From: Candidatus Multivorans sp.
Lineage (GTDB): Bacteria; Acidobacteriota; Thermoanaerobaculia; Multivoradales; Multivoraceae
Reading direction: 5' to 3'
Assembly: GCA_965205295.1 (NCBI GenBank)
Contig: OZ242167.1
Coordinates: 135,788 to 199,787 of the forward strand
Length of the DNA stretch: 64,000 nucleotides
Under the pieces are notes generated by a model. The model was not told the origin of the DNA, ran no database searches, and worked only from the letters and a program-made list of their open reading frames with translations. The position numbers and the translations under genes were made by a program. Below, piece after piece: positions 61,273 through 64,000 of this stretch; the first letter of the stretch is position 1; every line of letters begins with the position of its first letter.

Positions 61273-62651
61273 GGCACGACGACGCGCTCGAAGCGCAGAT
61301 CAGCCAGTGGCGGAGCTGGCTGCGACGGCGGCCGGCGATCCGCGATACCGACGTGGAAGAACTCGAAGGCCACCTTCGCGATGTGGTCGCGGCGCTCCGC
61401 GCTAGCGGCCTTGCCGCCGACGAGGCGTTCCTGGTGGCCGTCAAGCGGATGGGCAACCTCGACGCGGTGTCGCGTGAGTTCGCCCGCGAGCATTCCGAGC
61501 GGCTCTGGAAGCAACTCGTGATGCCGACGGCCGTGGACGGCGCGGCGCACCGGAGCGCGCTGCGCGAGACGGTCGTTGCGGTAGCGCTGGCAGTCGCCGC
61601 GGCCGCGGCGATCAAGCTGCCCGAGCTGTTCGGCTATCCCCGGATCGGGTCGGGAAATGGCTTCTTCGACACCCACCTCCTGTACTTTCCCAATGTCAGT
61701 TTCTTCGTGCTCCCGTTCCTGGCCGGCTACTTCGCGTGGAAACGCCGGCTGAACCGGGCAGGTTGCGTGCGGCTGGCCCTGGCGTTTGCCGCCGGTGCGC
61801 TGGCCATCAACGTCTTCCCGTCCGCGCCGCCCGGTCACACGGTGACGCTAGCGGCGCTCCACCTGCCGATAGCACTGTGGCTGGTCGTGGGCATCGCCTA
61901 CACCGGAGGACGCTGGCGTGACGGCAGCGGCCGGATGGACTTCGTGCGCTTCTCCGGCGAACTGTTCATCTACTACGTGCTCATGGCCCTCGGCGGCGGT
62001 GTCCTCATGGTTTTCACCGGCCTCACCTTCGCCGCCATCGGCGCGAACACGGAGTGGTTGGTGCTGGAGTGGATGCTCCCGTGCGGCGCGATGGGGGCCG
62101 TCATCGTCGGCGCGTGGCTCGTGGAAGCCAAGCAGGGCGTCATCGAGAACATGGCGCCCGTGCTGACGCGCCTGTTCACGCCGCTGTTCACCGCGGTGCT
62201 GCTCGCCTTCCTCGGCACCATGGTGTGGACGCGCAGCGGCATCGACGTGGAGAGGGAGGTGCTCATCGGCTTCGACCTGCTCCTGGTGGTCGTGCTCGGT
62301 CTGCTGCTCTATTCGGTCTCGGCACGCGACCCGCAGGCCCCGCCGGGCGTGTTCGACGCGCTGCAGCTTCTACTCGTCCTCTGCGCGCTGGTCGTCGACA
62401 TCGTCGCACTGGCCGCCATCGCCGGGCGGATCTCCGAGTTCGGCGTCAGTCCGAACAAGTTGGCTGCACTGGGTGAAAACCTCGTTCTGCTGGTCAACCT
62501 GACGTGGTCGGGCTGGCTGTACGCGCGCTTCCTCGCCGGCCGTGGCCCGTTCTTCGCCCTTGAGCGCTGGCAGACGGCCTACCTGCCGGTCTACGCAGCG
62601 TGGGCGGCCTTCGTCGTCGTCGCCTTTCCGCCGCTGTTCGGCTTCAAGTGA
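61266..62651 (+). CDS. Membrane protein with N-terminal permease-prefix domain
   Basis: ELEGHL.D....L...GL..DEAF..AVKRMG followed by many TM helices; typical PadR partner. Confidence 0.82.
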   Translation: MVRHDDALEAQISQWRSWLRRRPAIRDTDVEELEGHLRDVVAALRASGLAADEAFLVAVKRMGNLDAVSREFAREHSERLWKQLVMPTAVDGAAHRSALRETVVAVALAVAAAAAIKLPELFGYPRIGSGNGFFDTHLLYFPNVSFFVLPFLAGYFAWKRRLNRAGCVRLALAFAAGALAINVFPSAPPGHTVTLAALHLPIALWLVVGIAYTGGRWRDGSGRMDFVRFSGELFIYYVLMALGGGVLMVFTGLTFAAIGANTEWLVLEWMLPCGAMGAVIVGAWLVEAKQGVIENMAPVLTRLFTPLFTAVLLAFLGTMVWTRSGIDVEREVLIGFDLLLVVVLGLLLYSVSARDPQAPPGVFDALQLLLVLCALVVDIVALAAIAGRISEFGVSPNKLAALGENLVLLVNLTWSGWLYARFLAGRGPFFALERWQTAYLPVYAAWAAFVVVAFPPLFGFK

Positions 62652-62721
62652 GGCCCGGGGGCATCGCCGGCCGCTGCTAGGCTCAGCCGGTCCACGAACA
62701 GCGCGTAGCAGGAGGTCGAGA

Positions 62722-63759
62722 ATGAGGTTTCGAGGATTCTCCCTGTCTTTCAGTCTGTGTGCGGCGGCGAGCCTGCTCCTCGTACCGTGCCTCGCGGCCG
62801 AGGAGATTCCGCGTACGCCGAGCGGCAGGCCGGACTTTTCCGGCAACTACGACCTCTCGTCTCTGACGCCGCTGGAGCGCGATCCCCGGTTCGGCGACCG
62901 GCTGTACCTGACCGAGGAGGAAGCGCACGGCATGGCGGATGGCACCGCGGCGGCCAATGCCCGCGACCTGGAAGCCCGCGACGCGAGCCGTGACGTGATC
63001 GCGGGACGGTCGGAGGAGGGGTTTCGGGGCGTCGGCGGCTACAACCTCTTCTGGCTCGACCGCGGTACGGCGGCCTTCACCGTCGACGGCAAGTACCGGA
63101 CGTCGGTGCTCACCGATCCGCCGAACGGCCGCTTCCCGCCGGTGACGGAGGCGGGCGAGGCGCGCCGCGCGAACATTCCGCCGTTCAGCTACGAGAACAC
63201 GGGTGCGGCCTGGTGGCTCGAGAACGGTGACGACCCCTACGACGGGCCGGAGTCGCTCACCCTGGGTAACCGGTGCGTCTTCCACCAGGGTTCGACGCTC
63301 CCGATCGGCCCTCGGGCCTACAACAACCTGAAGACGATCATTCAGACGGACACCCATGTGGTCATCATGATCGAGTGGATGCACTGGGCGCGGATCGTCC
63401 GCCTCGACGCCGAGCACCTGCCGCCCGAGTACCGTTCCTATGCCGGCGATTCGATCGGAAGCTGGGACGGCGACACGCTGGTGATCGACACGACGAACAT
63501 CCTCGGAGACTGGGGCTTTCACCGGGAAGGCCTCCACATCGTCGAGCGTCTCCGGTTCCAGGACGCCGACAATCTGTTCTACGAGTTCACGGTCAGCGAT
63601 CCGGAGCACACGGCGCCCTACAGCGGCTCGCTGCCGTGGCCGCGCACCGACAGCCAGCTCTACGAGTTTGCCTGCCACGAGGGGAACTACTCGATGGGCA
63701 ACACGCTGCGCGGCGCCCGTTACCTGGAGCAGGAGCACCACGAGAAGCATGGGCGTTGA
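62722..63759 (+). CDS. Secreted hypothetical protein (EYACHEGN family), paralog 3
   Basis: AGGAGG RBS, signal peptide, PRTPSGRPDFSG, TPLER, EFACHEGNY. Confidence 0.85.
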   Translation: MRFRGFSLSFSLCAAASLLLVPCLAAEEIPRTPSGRPDFSGNYDLSSLTPLERDPRFGDRLYLTEEEAHGMADGTAAANARDLEARDASRDVIAGRSEEGFRGVGGYNLFWLDRGTAAFTVDGKYRTSVLTDPPNGRFPPVTEAGEARRANIPPFSYENTGAAWWLENGDDPYDGPESLTLGNRCVFHQGSTLPIGPRAYNNLKTIIQTDTHVVIMIEWMHWARIVRLDAEHLPPEYRSYAGDSIGSWDGDTLVIDTTNILGDWGFHREGLHIVERLRFQDADNLFYEFTVSDPEHTAPYSGSLPWPRTDSQLYEFACHEGNYSMGNTLRGARYLEQEHHEKHGR

Positions 63760-63834
63760 AGAGGCGTTGAGCGTCGCACCCGGCGGAATGGCCTCGGGTG
63801 GAGAACGCGGTCCGATCTTCAACCCCGTGAGTCG

Positions 63835-64000
63835 ATGAAACGCACCCTGCTCCTCTCGCTATGGCTTCCGGCCGGGATGGTGGTTCTCACGCTTGTCCGG
63901 TTCGTCTTCGAGCCGGGCTTCGGCGGCGAGGGCCCCCCGGCTCTGATGGCGGTGCCGGCAATGTTCCTGGGGCTGGTCTTGGCGTGGCCCGGCGCGATCC
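63835..64000 (+). CDS. Hypothetical membrane protein (partial)
   Basis: Open frame MKRTLLLSLWLPAGMVVLTLVRF... to the window end; hydrophobic. Confidence 0.5.
   Translation, partial: MKRTLLLSLWLPAGMVVLTLVRFVFEPGFGGEGPPALMAVPAMFLGLVLAWPGAI

Overview
High-GC chromosomal window, probably from an Acidobacteriota-like genome (inferred from the VWA-protein expansion, the PadR/permease pair and the many secreted PQQ enzymes). Housekeeping genes: rne, hflX, groES-groEL with a perfect CIRCE, fabF, an M16 peptidase pair and an AGCS symporter. Catabolic/periplasmic genes: three PQQ dehydrogenases (one with a lanthanide-type D-Y-D motif in an xoxF-J-G-like operon), a Mo-hydroxylase large subunit, CocE, a FadB-like fusion, a GGT-like enzyme and a peptide ABC operon with an embedded Fic gene. 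There are three type II toxin-antitoxin pairs, a decayed PARIS-like defence locus, four tandem secreted Ig-VWA paralogs and three paralogs of an uncharacterised secreted family. The most unusual signals are non-coding: (i) a predicted ~310-nt structured transcript after rne, with its own promoter and terminator, ~17 nt of complementarity to the 16S rRNA 3' end and a 14-codon ORF; (ii) a ~66-nt two-hairpin element in four copies with compensatory base changes, always sense to neighbouring genes; (iii) a 162-bp MITE-like element with 28-bp terminal inverted repeats. All calls come from manual motif reading; no database searches were run.
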